64,000 nucleotides of DNA, taken from the NCBI GenBank assembly GCA_977030845.1, contig OZ365114.1, positions 15,500,001 to 15,564,000 on the forward strand, given 5' to 3'. Position 1 is the stretch's first letter, and every line of letters begins with the position of its first letter. Shown here one piece after another: positions 27,841-41,313 of this stretch. Source of the DNA: Fimbriosthenelais zetlandica (lineage: Eukaryota). The translations under genes were made by a program, and so were the position numbers. Under the pieces are notes generated by a model. It had not been told where the DNA came from, made no database searches, and saw nothing but the letters and a program-made list of their open reading frames with translations.

Positions 27841-29026
27841 GGGTTTATGGTCTAAAACTGAATACGCCTCCACTCTCGGTTACCTTCTCACTGAGGTTCT
27901 GTACAATATTCAACACAACAAATGCCAAACTATTGGATTGCCAGCTCTCCTATTGTCACTATTGTCTCCTCGTAAAACCAGTCTGGTGCATTTTATTTCA
28001 TAGAAATTCGATAGAAAGTCAAAAGGTGACATTGACAGTAACTGTTATCGGGGGATCGAGTTCAATAAAAATCATATAGAATCAGATACGGCTATGGTCA
28101 TGAGTTGGCTGAACTCATTTGTAAAGCATGAGTCAGAGCTCTTAATGTAGGGTTGCACATTTTTGTATGTGTGTAACACTCCTCATTTACATTGGTACCT
28201 GGAAACCTCTCTGACATCAATAATTCACATTTGAGTAAAAATACCCTTAGCTGAGAGAGTACACCTTTTGTTCCATACAAATATCAGCAGAAGAGACCAC
28301 TTTGCTACGTTCAGTAATTGGTACTGACTCAGTCGTTCAGTGTATTTTTCAGATATTTGCTTGGAACAAATTTTCTTGAATATAAAAATGTCAGGCAGTT
28401 AGGAACCTCTTGCAAAGTCAGCAAGGCTGCCAGCAATCGATTAGTTGAGAAGGGGAAATTGAAATTAGGTGAAGATGTCTTTTAAATGGTTAAATCTGTC
28501 TTTATCTTTTGCCTTTTTTGTCATAAAGACAGTTAGACACTTTCTACTGCCATAAAGACCTAGTTCCAATATTAAATTGTCCTTAATTGATAACACTCAC
28601 TTTGTATCCATAGAAAAGATTTTGTTTTAGTCAATGTATAGTTAGAAGCCTAAGTGTTAAGATATAGGGCTTCCTTCGAGGAGCTCTTTCTAAAGGTAAT
28701 GGTTCTCCAGTCTAATCTACCGGATGCAAGTCATTTGTTACTGGTATATTTCATTCCACTAGGTCACCAGTGTGCCCTACGTTTTATGTTTGTCTGCCTT
28801 ATGTCAGTCTGCTTTGAATGAAACGACAAATAATGATGTAGAGTCTGTCATTTGGCATTGGACTCATTTTAAAGACAATCCTTTTGAACGGATTTGCTGT
28901 TCATTAGCTTTGTCTTGAGCCCATTTTATGCTGTCATTTCGAGCCAAATTTGTATTACTTTGATGTAAATGAAGACTATACATGTTCTTTCATAATATTA
29001 AGTGAGCGTATTTTGTTCTGTTTCAG

Positions 29027-29201
29027 GTGAATAGTACGCTCCAGCGTCCTGTGGTGGGTGGTGTCGGGAGTCCACGGGGTCTCTCTAAGAGCACCTTTGT
29101 TACTGTTAGTCTTGTCACCATTATTTCACTAGTCTATGCCACCTGTGTGACGGGCCCACGGGTCAGAATCATTGTCTTCGTTCCTCCAATACTGGATCTC
29201 C
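29027..29201 (+). CDS. Exon B: VNSTLQRPVVGGVGSPRGLSKSTFVTVSLVTIISLVYATCVTGPRVRIIVFVPPILDL; contains the predicted transmembrane/signal-anchor segment
   Basis: Acceptor ttttgttctgtttcAG and donor C|gtaagt at 29202. 175 nt, phase 0 to phase 1; the other two frames contain stops. Hydrophobic run TFVTVSLVTIISLVYATCV (about 19 aa). Confidence 0.75.
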
Positions 29202-31195
29202 GTAAGTATTAACGATACATTTTTCACATTAAAAATTATTTAATTTGGCCACGTAATCCAATTTTCATTGTAAAGTCTAATTTAGACTCAAATTGTTCCT
29301 CCGAAGCTTTAATAATGAACAAATCATAACTTTAGTTAGACTTTATCGTATGCTTGCCTATTATCCCTAGGGATAGACGGGAGTGTGTAGAGAGGTTGTT
29401 AGTGTATGTAGTCAGGCAGCAGCTAAGGGTTTGATTTAACTTGCTGTTGATGTGGTTGCAGTTAATGAGGAGTTAATGTAGTAGGGAAATGAATGTAGTG
29501 AGACGGAAGTAATGCCCCTCCCTAAGATACATTAGCCTGGGTCAGGCTGGTGTCAGTATTGTCATCACGTGTTACCAAGTCCTTAATTTGCATGCAGAAT
29601 CCAGCCCTATCCTATTTGGATCATTGCATTATGTAATGATAATTCATGACACTCTGATCCTCCCCCATTAGCCCTATTAAATCCCCAGAGCCCCCATTGC
29701 CCGGACCCCCTGTCTTTTCCAGCCGCGCCTCGGCTTAACTCAAGTCCAATATTGGAGGAATTCCTCCAATACCTTCCATGAGGAATTAATGGCCAGTTCC
29801 AGACAGGCAGGCGTGTTTTTGTGAGCTTATTTATGAGTTTATTTTCATGATCCACATGGATCGAGGAATATTAGCCAAGAAACATTGCAAGTAGAGCCTC
29901 AGGGGAAATAACACCTTGTGCTGGTGATGGCAAGGGGACCAAGGCAGCAGATCAAACGCAATTACCATCTCATCATGGCTCCTCTGGGAGGGCATAATTG
30001 GTTATATAGGCCAGCCAGGGTCCAGCCGATTGCCAATAACCGGATCTGGGTCGATTATCTACATGTTGGCTACCAACTGTCCCCATCGCACATCAAATAT
30101 TTTACAAAACTGAGTAAGGATTGGGTAAGAAAGTTAAATGAGGTGGTAGGAAATCAGTTTTAACTTATGTTCAGTATCATAGGTCCGAACTTGTATTGAC
30201 AAAGTCCATTTGTTGTGGAGGCGAAAGGCCGAGGTCGAATCATAGATTCTTGTCTGCCTGATTTCCGTTGGTACTTTAATTCGTCACAACGAATTATTAA
30301 TAGAAACAGAAAGGTAGGTAACCGTTTATTAGAAGGAAAAAAGAGTTGATACAAAATTCTTTTAAAATTATCTGAAAGATATGAGCAAATAATGGAACCT
30401 TTCCTTCTTCAAAGCTTGTAAGGGATGTGGGCCTGTTTCATCTATAGAAAGAAGATGAAACCTGATGCGTTGCCTAGTTGGCGCAATTCAGAGAGGGCTG
30501 CATCTAATCGGCTTTTCTGAAATTAAAAGGAATGTATGTAGCTTCCCTGGATGATAATGCTTCTACCTCTCTTCATATTATCATCTTATTAATCAAGAAA
30601 GTGACATGAAAGTCTTCCTCTTATTTGATTGATGCCAGAGAGGGATGTCCCACATTGATATGACATAGGCCTACAATCTACTGCTTATTACAGGCTCTTT
30701 TTTTCTCAGATAAAGTGCGAGCATTTTTGTCACAAGCCTATCTATAGATACTGCCTTGAGAAATATGATTGGGATCTTTCTTTTTGCTTTGATTCATTCT
30801 GGTCGTACATAGGTATTAGTTCCGTTTTGATCTTAACATATATCATCAGAGAGTGTGTCATGTTGTACCATTCAGGTATATAGGCTAACATAATGTTGTC
30901 TTTTTATTATTCTCTGGAGGACCTTTTGCTTTTACATAGGCCTTAAATAAACCTGCAGAATATTATACTGCTGGATGTTGAGTTTCTATAACATTTGATT
31001 ACAAGATTCCTTTCACCTGGAAGAGTTCTTGGGCCACACCATTTCTGGAACAAGGGACGTCAAGGCAGCTGTACAAGAGACAGCTGGACTATGGGACTTC
31101 GACCCTGTTTTAAGCGAATTAGGGAAAGTGTAAAGTAAGACATGTATGGCAAATTGCCAAATCTCTTCTTACCGAACTCTTTTACTTTTTTCCAG

Positions 31196-31288
31196 ACGCA
31201 ATAAAGATATTTTTCAATCGCCACCATAGAAGTGAAGTTTTCACCAATAAGTGGAGCTACAGAAATGGCACGCAGATCAGCATATACA
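31196..31288 (+). CDS. Exon C: (H)AIKIFFNRHHRSEVFTNKWSYRNGTQISIY, extracellular stalk with an NGT sequon
   Basis: Long polypyrimidine acceptor ctcttttacttttttccAG and donor ACA|gtaagt. 93 nt symmetric phase 1-1 exon; only the phase-1 frame is open. Not in the ORF track. Confidence 0.7.
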
Positions 31289-34200
31289 GTAAGTATTAAG
31301 TTTCATCATATATATGAGTAGTTCGCTATAAATCATTTTCTTTTAGGATCGCATTTCAACAGCTCAAAACGTGTACATGGGACTTGGTCCAGTTTCCTAT
31401 AGCACATTCAATATATAACTATATTCCCATGTACAATGTAAAGACTTAGCTCTCCACTATATTATGTTCTGAGAAGCCCATGCAACAAATTAGTACTTTA
31501 AGTAAAAAAGAAACTTGGCTGCTGTCGACAGAAAGCTCCGAATTTCTGACTCAGAGGAATACTTTATAATATTCATTATTCAGGTGAATATCCTGCTAGA
31601 TTTCTGGTCCATTATCTACATGTACCTTAAGGTTAAGGGAAGAAAGATCCCCCAACAATCCTACTATCAGACTTTGCATGTCCCAATCACATTTTACCAA
31701 AGAGTGACAGACGAGAAACTCGTTGGCGTTGGATTCTCCACCAAGCCAAGTATTAAACAAACATGAGTCCAGTGAAGGTGGTAGCAATATATCAGCTGGC
31801 AAAGATTTTAGTGACACTCTCTGTCATGCAACTTTGATGCTGGGCCACCCCACGCTCACAGCCAATGATAAAGCGTGATAGAGACCACATGATGCGACCT
31901 CAACCAATGGGCATTGATCTTGGGTGGTGTGTAATGGCGTACAAGTGTGACGTTCATAATTTATGAGTAATGGTAAACCAGACAGGTATGATCTAGGGAG
32001 GAAAGTTGTGAATGATGATATGCCTAAACTCAAAGATAGTCACATTAGCTTACCATGCGTGTCTCGATCTATCGAGTTTTCTGTATATTAGAACAAAATT
32101 AAAGTATTAAAGGAATAAACTGGGAAGAGAGAGACTTGGCGTTTGGACTTTTAATCGCTCAATAGTAGTGGGTTCTGGACCTATTTTCCAGCAGATAGCA
32201 CCGTCCCTAGCAGAGCCCATGAAGACTCTATTAAACATTCTCAGAGTCTGTCATGTCTGGCTCTAAAAAAATCTTTGGAAATCTCAACACGAGCAGCACT
32301 TACTATGCCAGGAGTGTGCGATCCAGTGGAAAATCCTGCCTTCTATCTTTGTCTTCACCACGGCCCACCATTGACATAGATGTTACCATGGGATTCCCGT
32401 TCTCATGACAACCAAAATAGGAAAAGGGTGAAAGCATGAAGAGACAAAAGGACCTGTCACGCGATTCTGCCTCCCAATGAACCCGATAGGGGGAGCCTTT
32501 GGTGTGAGCGTCTGACGTTATGACGTAGCTTGACGTCAGGACAATGTACCGGCTGATGGGCTGTGCACAGTGCTGCTTGCAAGTTCTGGCGTTTTCTAAG
32601 TAATACTCGGGATAGAAAGACAGCCGCCTTCTTTGCCTCAGATCTTAGCTGCTTGAAGACTTGAAGAAAGCTTGAACAGATGTCTTGTACACGTCTCTAA
32701 TCAGTAAAGGGTGCTTTGCTTTAAATGCCTCTTCCTCGAGCACGTACCCGCTGATTTCGGTGGTAATATGAACTGGGAGTATAGATTTGTGTAATTTGTG
32801 GGACACCAGAGTCGAACCCTTGATTTGAGACTGCAATGCTTAAATGGGGTCACAAACATGAACACCTTTTAATTTGGGTAGAAGTTATACATTCAGCTGA
32901 AACAATGTTTTTTGTGATTGAAGGTAAATGAAATATTTGGTATTTCTCTGAAGGAATCCTATATTAAATTCGACATTTAAACCAAATCTAATTTTCCACA
33001 GTGAAGACTTTATTTGTGAAGAGTGAGGTTATTTTTCAGTGTTCCCGAATGTTAGTTGCCTTCTCTCTTATTCTGGCTCTATTGCAGTTAAGAGTCTGTG
33101 GATTGAGTTTAAGATTGGTCTTGTTCATCGCTTTAAAGGAGCGTTACATTGAGCTTTAACTTGGTCTTGATTGAGTTTGATATAAGCGCATGTTGCTGAT
33201 GGTGTTCTCTTTTTGCCTTTACTCCTGGCCGGGCACTTAATCCTCAGATCGGTGGAGGCTGACCAGCTCTGAGCAGCTCGTCTTCACCCCGTTACTGGCT
33301 CGCCCTGAGTGAGATCTCTTGTCGCTTTCTCACAGGCGTGCCATCCTATCCCCTTGTTTTCTTTGTGAAACCAAATATTTTGTCAGTGTTGCCTTGAATG
33401 TTCACGGCCATTACTTCTAGCCTCATGTAATGGAAAAGGTGTGTTGTATGTCAACTCGGGCTGGTTTTTGGCGGTGTGGTCAGGGGACCCCGCGACCTCT
33501 AGCAGGAGTCAGTCAAGATTGGTGGATGGGCCGCGCTATACGAGCCCAATGCAGGCTCTCTATAGTCAATGGATGACCGCTCATCATAGCCACGCTTTCT
33601 GATGTGTTCCATGCCAACAAGCATGGCCCTGAATTATGTATTGACCACAAAGAAAGCATTGACCACCTCCAACTCTCAGCCTGCGATGAGGTTTTTATCC
33701 AAATAACTAGAGCACTATTCAGACACTCTCCCACCCATGCTTTGAGGTGTGGCCGGGAGGTGACGATATATCATTATGATCAAAAGCGGGAGGACTTGGA
33801 GCAGCCCTGGGCTAGCCACATGACCCATGTGACCAAGCCCTGTACAATCAGCATGACCAAGCAATCCATGTATTCTGAATGACTAGTAGATATAATATGC
33901 CCCACTCCTTCAGTCACCATAATTGCAAAATTGATGAGGGACCAAGTGCCCCCTTTATTGGATTTGCACCGATGTATCATTTTTGACTTGATTCTGATGT
34001 AATTTGGGGTACTTTAACCCCCAGAAGCTTTTACCCAACTTTTATCTTGGCATGGCTAAAAGCATATTCCTACTATCAATATATTTCACTCGAATCACTG
34101 GCTGAATATCTAAACGTAAGTTACGTATCGTTTTGGAGGATTTCTCTTCTCCCAGCCCAACATATACCTTCCTAACTTTCTTTCTCCCTTTGTTGGTTCA

Positions 34201-37200
34201 ATAAAATTCATTGTAGTATAGATGTATAGCTATAGATATAATCATAGATTGCCCCAATAATGATTCATTCCGGACTTTGCCGTTAACTTGGGATAAGAAT
34301 AACAATTCTAACAGAACCCATTTCATTGCCTGATGTGACTCAATATTCATTTTCCGATACGTGACCAGTAGCAAATCAAATGTAGTGTCTAATAGACCTA
34401 CTTATTACCAAGCAATCCAGTTTACTCTGACTTGTTCTGGCCGGGTAATATAGAGGGGTATTTTTTTCCTTAAGATTCAGCAGAAATGGCTATCAGTGTT
34501 TGACCCTTGTTGGCAACTGGACTGAGCGGTCTTCCTCTACCTGACACCAATCAATAGGTTTGAAGACATTTATTGATTCTGGTCGTGTCTGGTAACTTGA
34601 GTTCAATAATAGCTTATATAGAGTCTATGATGGATATCCCATGGTTGAGCATGCTAGTATCAAAATACCCACAGAGCCAAGATGTCCTTGATGAATGATA
34701 TTCTATTCGCAAAAGTCTGTTGCGCGTATTTTGAGCTGGATAAAATCATAGGATGTCAGAGGCTGAATGTCTCAGAAGAATATAAACATTTCTTTGTTTT
34801 GGGAATATTTGAGACTGACCCTGTTCTATTACAGTAAAATCGCAGGGTACTCACGTATATGAGCAACCGATTCTCCTCCCACGCCATTGTTTCTCACAGC
34901 CGCAATTTATCTGACATCACAAAGTCAATCAGAAATCTTAATCCTCCCTACTGCTCTGCTCGCAGCCCCCATTCACCAGACACGTATTTCTATTTCCTCC
35001 CTTGATCCCCTTGTGTCACGGTTTCTATAGCAACATATGTTGGCCCTTCTGCAGGTGTATCTCCTGGACTGTCTCCTCGGGCGAAGACTTACTACCTTTG
35101 GGGCCTTTCATATTTTACTTCCACTCTCATTCCCTCCCAGAGCGGCCTCTAACCCTTCAGTATCCCATTGCTGATGTGAATTTAACAGGAGGAGCTCTAT
35201 TTTCGGTGAGAAGAAGAAGAGAAAAACAGAAGGGATGCTGCATACAGAATTTTCTTTGCCTCATATTTTACATAGAAAAACCTTCGCTTCAGTAAGTGTT
35301 TGTCTGATTTTTCTTTCCTGTGTGCTGCCGGGCATTGTCAGTATATTCTTCAGACTTATACATGCATAGATGAGGCCATGCGGATTGATAAATAGTGCCC
35401 TTGATGCTCTAAAGCTGAATTATAGACATTCGTTGCGAGGGCAGTAAATGTCGACACAAATCATATTCTGTCGCCTTAGGCCTATATGACGATGGCAATT
35501 AACTCATCTTTAGATTAATTGCTAAATACACTGGGATCTTTTACCTTAAATATTGGCAAAGCTATAGAACTTTAAGAAATCAAATCTAAACCTTGGCACG
35601 TTTTCAGATTCATGATTTAGAACATGCGTCCATCATGTCTGTGACTGAATCACTTCCTGCAAGGTGACTGCACCATTCCACTTCAGTCGAGAACATTATT
35701 GCCCTGAAACACATCCTGAGAATGATATTTCTATGATTGAGTTATGTTTTGTTAACCTGCAAAGGACTTTCGACCATTTACTGCATTGCACTATGCAGCA
35801 AATACCATCATAATGCCATTAGTGCAAAGGTGAGAAAGCATTATACGTCTCCCAAATGATACCTGCGAAATCTTACAAATGTTTCCCATGGCCTTCGAGA
35901 TCTGCCCCCACCCCCACAACCCCCCAATAATTCATACACATGCATGTCTCTAACATTATCTCATTATCCTATCTTTGAACTAAGCATCAGTCCTGTGAAC
36001 CGTGAGGTCACAAGTGAGCTATATTTCTTTCGCTGGTGAAGCATTAGCAATCTGCTGCTCATGCACCTATGCTTTCCTCTGATGTGTACTGCTCTGTCAT
36101 ACATGGGAGTTTCCCTTGGGACCCTCAAATCCAACAGTGCGCTTCTTCTATTTATTCAGTTTTGCTGGTTTAAGATGTCGGTCGAGCTGTTGCTATGGTA
36201 ACATAAAACAGCTGGGGTTTAGTTGCAGAGGAGGTGTCACTGGTCATCAAAGAAAGCGTGGATCTATATTCTACTCGTATGACATTCAAGTGTGCCAAAC
36301 ACATCGAAGTGTATAATTTTAACCATAAGATATTGACTCACCCTGTTTTATCATCTGGTGGTAATACATACATGTACAGATATACTGTAAAGAAGTACCA
36401 GAGCCAGGATTAAGGCCAGGAGTACTGAATGTTCTCTGGTATGGATCAGACATCTGAGGAAAGAAGCATGAGACGCGTTATCATGGGACTGACCTTGAAA
36501 ATTAAGACATTAATCAACCAGTTTCTTAAACTTTCCCAAATCGGTACTTATGTAGGCTATTTGAGCAGCCGAATCGTTGAAAATAATAATAATCTTTAAA
36601 AAAAACCTGAATATATATATAAAGGTTCCTCCATGTCTCCATTAATCTTACTATCGATGGCTGCAGCAAACCTTATCAGAACCTTCCTCAGCACTCACAG
36701 CTATACACGAGCTGTGCATGAATGGTCGTATGTGATTCAACGGCCAGCGTGATGCGATAGCTTTTATAACATTATCAAGCACATTATAGCAATTGCTAAT
36801 GCATTTTTTCCATCACTTTTCATATATAATATTACACAGATGGGGCTCCCACAAAGCCCCAGTGCTAGTAATAAGAGTTCCTTTTTAGGAATCAATTATT
36901 GATGGGCGTTTTCTTACATCTATTTGATTGAAATAGCTCTTCAACAGGGTGCGCTTCTGACAGATCATTCACGCTATTTGCCAATAATACGTACTCGCCT
37001 CTCCCATCATTGTCTCCTCTAGTTGTGTCATTAATTGCCTGATTGATTTAAAAGAGTATTGGTTTGAAATGTCCTCATGTAGGCTCTTCATTTGGAGGAT
37101 ATAACATTGCTTTTGGCATAGCATGCAAGACTTTGCAGATCCCCTCAAGTATTTTAACACTCATTGCATTTGAATTGCACTTTCTAGAGACGTAGGCCGC

Positions 37201-39599
37201 TATACCTCTGTGGTCGATATGATGTGGGAATTTTGCAGATATTTTGCCTCTTAATTGCCTTGATGAAATTGCGCACAGATTCGCAAAAGCTTTGAACGAT
37301 GTATGAATGTATGAATTTCTAGCTTTTCCAAAATCTGCTAAGAATGCAATCTTCGCAGGGAAAGTCCATGTGATGTTGGCAAACAATCATTATTTTTTTC
37401 AATATAGAACAGCACTATCATAATAAATGGAAATCCATTGGTGAGAGTCGTGTCTTGTACCAATCCATTGAAATGGATGAAGTCTGATACGTAGAGCGCT
37501 AAATTTAGAAGCCAACAATTAGACTGATAAGAAGGCCGATATCATTACTTATCTGCGGAGCGAAAGAGAAGAATAGAAAGAGAAACTGTCTTTCAGAAGT
37601 GGCTTCATATTATGTGCTCTTCTTTCGGAACACGCCTTCAATTTCCCATGCGAAAAAAACATTCCAATTCTGAGTTAACATTGCATCTTTTTCTGTTCGT
37701 TCAATGACAACGAATATGTCGCAGTTAACAAAACTGAAATATGATCATAAAACGGAACAGAAATTAAGTAGGTTGACTTTGAGGACTAGTTTTCCTTATC
37801 GATGTTACGAGCATGGGAAGAATAGACTTCAGTTTATCTCCCTTCATAGGAACCATCCAATTAGCTCCGTTTCATGCTCCAATGAGCAGACAATCATGAT
37901 TTCCAAGCTATAACTCACCATTCCATTTCTCTCTGCCGATATCCTTCATTTTTATGACCTTCACATCTAAGGAAGCTAGTAATGGGGGCCACTGAGATGA
38001 AGAAATAGAAAATGTAACAATGTTATGTGACTCGCCGTCACTGAGTGAGAGCTATTGCTGTGCTCGCTCTCATATGATCATTCATGTGCAGTAAAACGAC
38101 CGTTGTATGGCATCCCAAGATGGCCAAGAAATTCATGTAGAAATATGGGCTTGGCCGCTGTTTGGGAGTGCTTTTAATGGTTGCGCGGTTCACTAGCAGA
38201 CATGCCTGGTGCGGGACCACAGTTTTGGCGAGCCCGGGTTGGGAGCGATGATGATGGAGCAGCTCATAGCCTGTACTGACACCATCAGTAAATGATTTGC
38301 AGCAATTTGTTGCGATAGGCCAGCTTGCCGCCTGTGCAACTCCCCGGTCACAGCACAGCCCACCTCTATTTGGGATAATGACGAGGGATGGCCCGATGGG
38401 AAGTTGATAAAACCTGGCACTCGGGGGCGCCACAGTGGCTAAAGGACATTGCTGATATGCAAATGAGTTACCGGGCATGGTCAAAGGGCAGGAAGGCATT
38501 GGGAGATGAGGCAGGTCGATAAAGCAGAGTGTCAATGTGAGAAAAGTATGGAAGGATGCCTGGACCGTGCCATTATGGCTAAATTAAAGAGACAAAATTG
38601 CATTATTGCAGTCATGGCACTATGGCTGAAAGCCTGACACAAACCATACACAATTTGCAATATCCCAATGACAAATTTTCCCTTCCCTGTGACATTCATA
38701 TTGATTGATTAACAATATTTTTGACCACCTTTCTGATTATTAAATTCTATAAAATCTATGAAACTGTATACATCTTTTACATATATATTACTTCCACTAT
38801 GCTAATTGTCCTTGCGCCTGGATGAGCTATTTCACTTTGCATTGGGGGGAGGCTGCCTTAGAGAACACTTACTCATTTACCTGCTTGCTTTGAATGTAAA
38901 CGAAATGTGTCCTTGAGCTCTTTTTAACTTTGATTATCAAGCGCCGCTATCAAAGCCAATGAAGGTAAAGACATCTAAAGACAATTTATATTTTTTGCCC
39001 TACTATATATGTATATGGAATTAAAACAGGATATAATATTCACAGATCAAAATTCAATACACTAAATCTGCAGTTAATATGGGAACCCTTGCTATAATTA
39101 TATATATATAGGCGTTGACCTAACCATTATCCGCATAATGGTCCAGAGATCCATTTTGTCAGTTCTCGGAAGCTTTATGTAGTCGTATAAAGAATGCTGT
39201 GAACATTTATTTCTGCTCTCACCTATCTTAATCACCTCCCATACTGAGCTCCCATTCACCACCCTGTCCATGACCACCTCTTGTGCTCATTACGCATTCC
39301 TCACCCGGTCTCGGCTTCACTTTCGTCAAACACTAACGACTGACACCTAATCCTTATAAGACACCGCCGTCAAAGGTAAATATGATAGAGCAGCAGGAGC
39401 TGGTATAATGACAAATGACCGCCAGGCCTCCAGCTTTCTAGCCTTCTCTGACTGATGTTCCAATGTTAGAGGTGTACTGAAGCTTTAACTGTTCAAGTCC
39501 AACTTGTTATGCTAAGGCAAGACGATAACTAAGGGTCCTGCTGCAGGATATTCTCCATAACCCCTTTATTTTGATGTCATTGAATTTTCCCCATGCCGT

Positions 39600-40200
39600 T
39601 TAAGTTTCAAATGCAAGTCGATATTGACCAAATCCTTCATAAATGGACCCCTTGCCGGTTGAGCCCAAAAGCTCAAAACTGGATGCCCAGACAGATTTTT
39701 GGTTGTCCTGGCAGCTTGATCTGATCATCTCCTGGGGGGCTGGGTTTACTGGGTTTACTGCCCTACAGCTCACTGGGACTTCATCCAGCTGAAACTCCCC
39801 GATGCAGTCTTCAACCTTGACACAAAAACTGGCGGTCACTGTCTTCATTCTCCCCAGCTGAGTGACTGATGGCTATTTATCAGGGATTTCAGCCCTAAGT
39901 GGGGTATCCAATGACCTATGATGAACACACTGGCCTATTGAATCCTCCAACAGGTTGAGGATTAGGTCGGTCTCAGAACAGCAAAGGAAGACCTCTATGC
40001 TTCCAGATCCAGCTTCGCCCCGCGAGGTGTGACCTGCCCCTGAACAAGGCAGAGCTCGGTGATGAGCCTTCATGGCCTAAAGTGATATAAATGTGACCAA
40101 GGGATGACCAAATCAGGCACCTTCATTTAGTCAGGGTCAAATTGCGTGGGGGGCAGAGGCCCTCTGGATTAACAGGGGAAACAAGGTGGCCAGGCCCTTT
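39600..40200 (-). mobile_element. Decayed DIRS/Ngaro-like reverse transcriptase relic
   Basis: Minus-strand translations give KKGPG, AKLDLEA*RS, WIPHLGLKS (cf. LPFGLRS), QLDEV (cf. YLDDF) and SSFELLG (cf. TLEFLG) in order, with stops and frameshifts. Confidence 0.45.
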
Positions 40201-41157
40201 TTCCTTTCATTGTGACAGGCAGGGGGTAAGCACCCAGGGCCACGCGAGGCTAAGTTATTGGATGCTGGGGATCAACAGTTGCCTGGTTGGTCTGACCTCA
40301 AAGGGAGCATGAGGGAGACTCGATCCTTTTCATGATGCCGCCATATTGCTTTATAGAGGCAGACGTCGATCACGAAGGACAATGAGCATTCACAGTGGAT
40401 CAGGGTTGATCCCCCAGAAGGGTTTCCCCAGGCGATGTCGCTCCGTTTTGAATGGGGTCAGGGTACATGGGCAACCCAGTCCATTTTTAAATTTTCAAAT
40501 TTTAAAGCAGACAAAACCTTCCAAAATGTTACTCTTAGGAAAGGGATTTTACTTTCAATGTCCATCCATTCTTGTACCTATCCAATCTCCCCCAACCCCT
40601 TAAAAATGAAGTTTCTTTCTGGAAATGCATGTGTCTGTGCCCCCTGAAAAATTCTAAAGCCACTACATCCTGTCACTTTGTTCCCGTTGTAATGGGTTTT
40701 GACCCGAAGCGGCAGACCAAAATCCTCCTCTCAGCAAAAAACAAGCTGAGAAGAAAGCTGAAAATAATGAGCCCTTCCGGCTATTGGAGCTTTATAGAAA
40801 AATCCCATTGAACAGTGTTACATGCGGAAATCTGACAGACTTTTTTCCCTTTCCTTGCCAGTGGACATCTGGGCCTACGGAATTGTTTTTACCAAAGAAT
40901 CCTGGAATATTGCTGAAAGTGTTGACGCATTTTTGTCAGAAATGGATTTAAAATAATTAAGCTGTCAAGTTTAATAGAGCAATCCAGGTTTTCTGGATTC
41001 TGATTTGACATGAACAGAAAAAAACCCGCCCCGTACAAGAGTCATTTAGAAAATTAACCCCGAAAGGTTGGTGTAGGTGGTATAGAATTTGGGGAACAGA
41101 AGGCTGAGAAGCTATTAAGATTAAGCAAACACATGAATATATTGCATTTAATTTCAG

Positions 41158-41313
41158 ATTTAGAGGATGCAGGACACACTCCAGCCTTGCCCTGTGAACC
41201 AGAGATGATCTGCCGCGATGCTTACATCCAGAATCTGGTGGGATGTGATGCAGCCACCAGGCGATGTGTCTGCGAGAAAGGCTACGTCCTCTCCCCGTCA
41301 GGCATATGTACTG
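41158..41313 (+). CDS. Exon D: EB/EGF-like six-cysteine module LEDAGHTPALPCEPEMICRDAYIQNLVGCDAATRRCVCEKGYVLSPSGICT
   Basis: Acceptor atttaatttcAG and donor ACTG|gtgagt. 156 nt, phase 1-1. Six Cys with the C-x-C-x2-G-Y...C EGF signature. Confidence 0.85.

Noticed and set aside
29027-29201. The alternative frame of exon B reads as a Cys-rich, somatomedin-B-like peptide (GE*YAPASCGGWCRE...LCYC*SC) with TAG/TAA stops, hinting at stop-codon reassignment or editing.
   Set aside because: The phase-0 frame is fully open and fits both neighbouring exons. Shifting a Val/Gly-rich frame generates TGT codons. The other exons show no in-frame TAA or TAG.
31017-31135. FLGHTIS peptide resembling a Gypsy RT motif.
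   Set aside because: It is an isolated 7-residue match and the flanks do not extend it.
32809-32818. B-box-like GGTTCGACTC (minus strand); also GGTTCAACCCC at about 18022 and TGGTTAGAGC at about 10744.
   Set aside because: There is no matching A box or cloverleaf, so I make no tRNA or SINE call.
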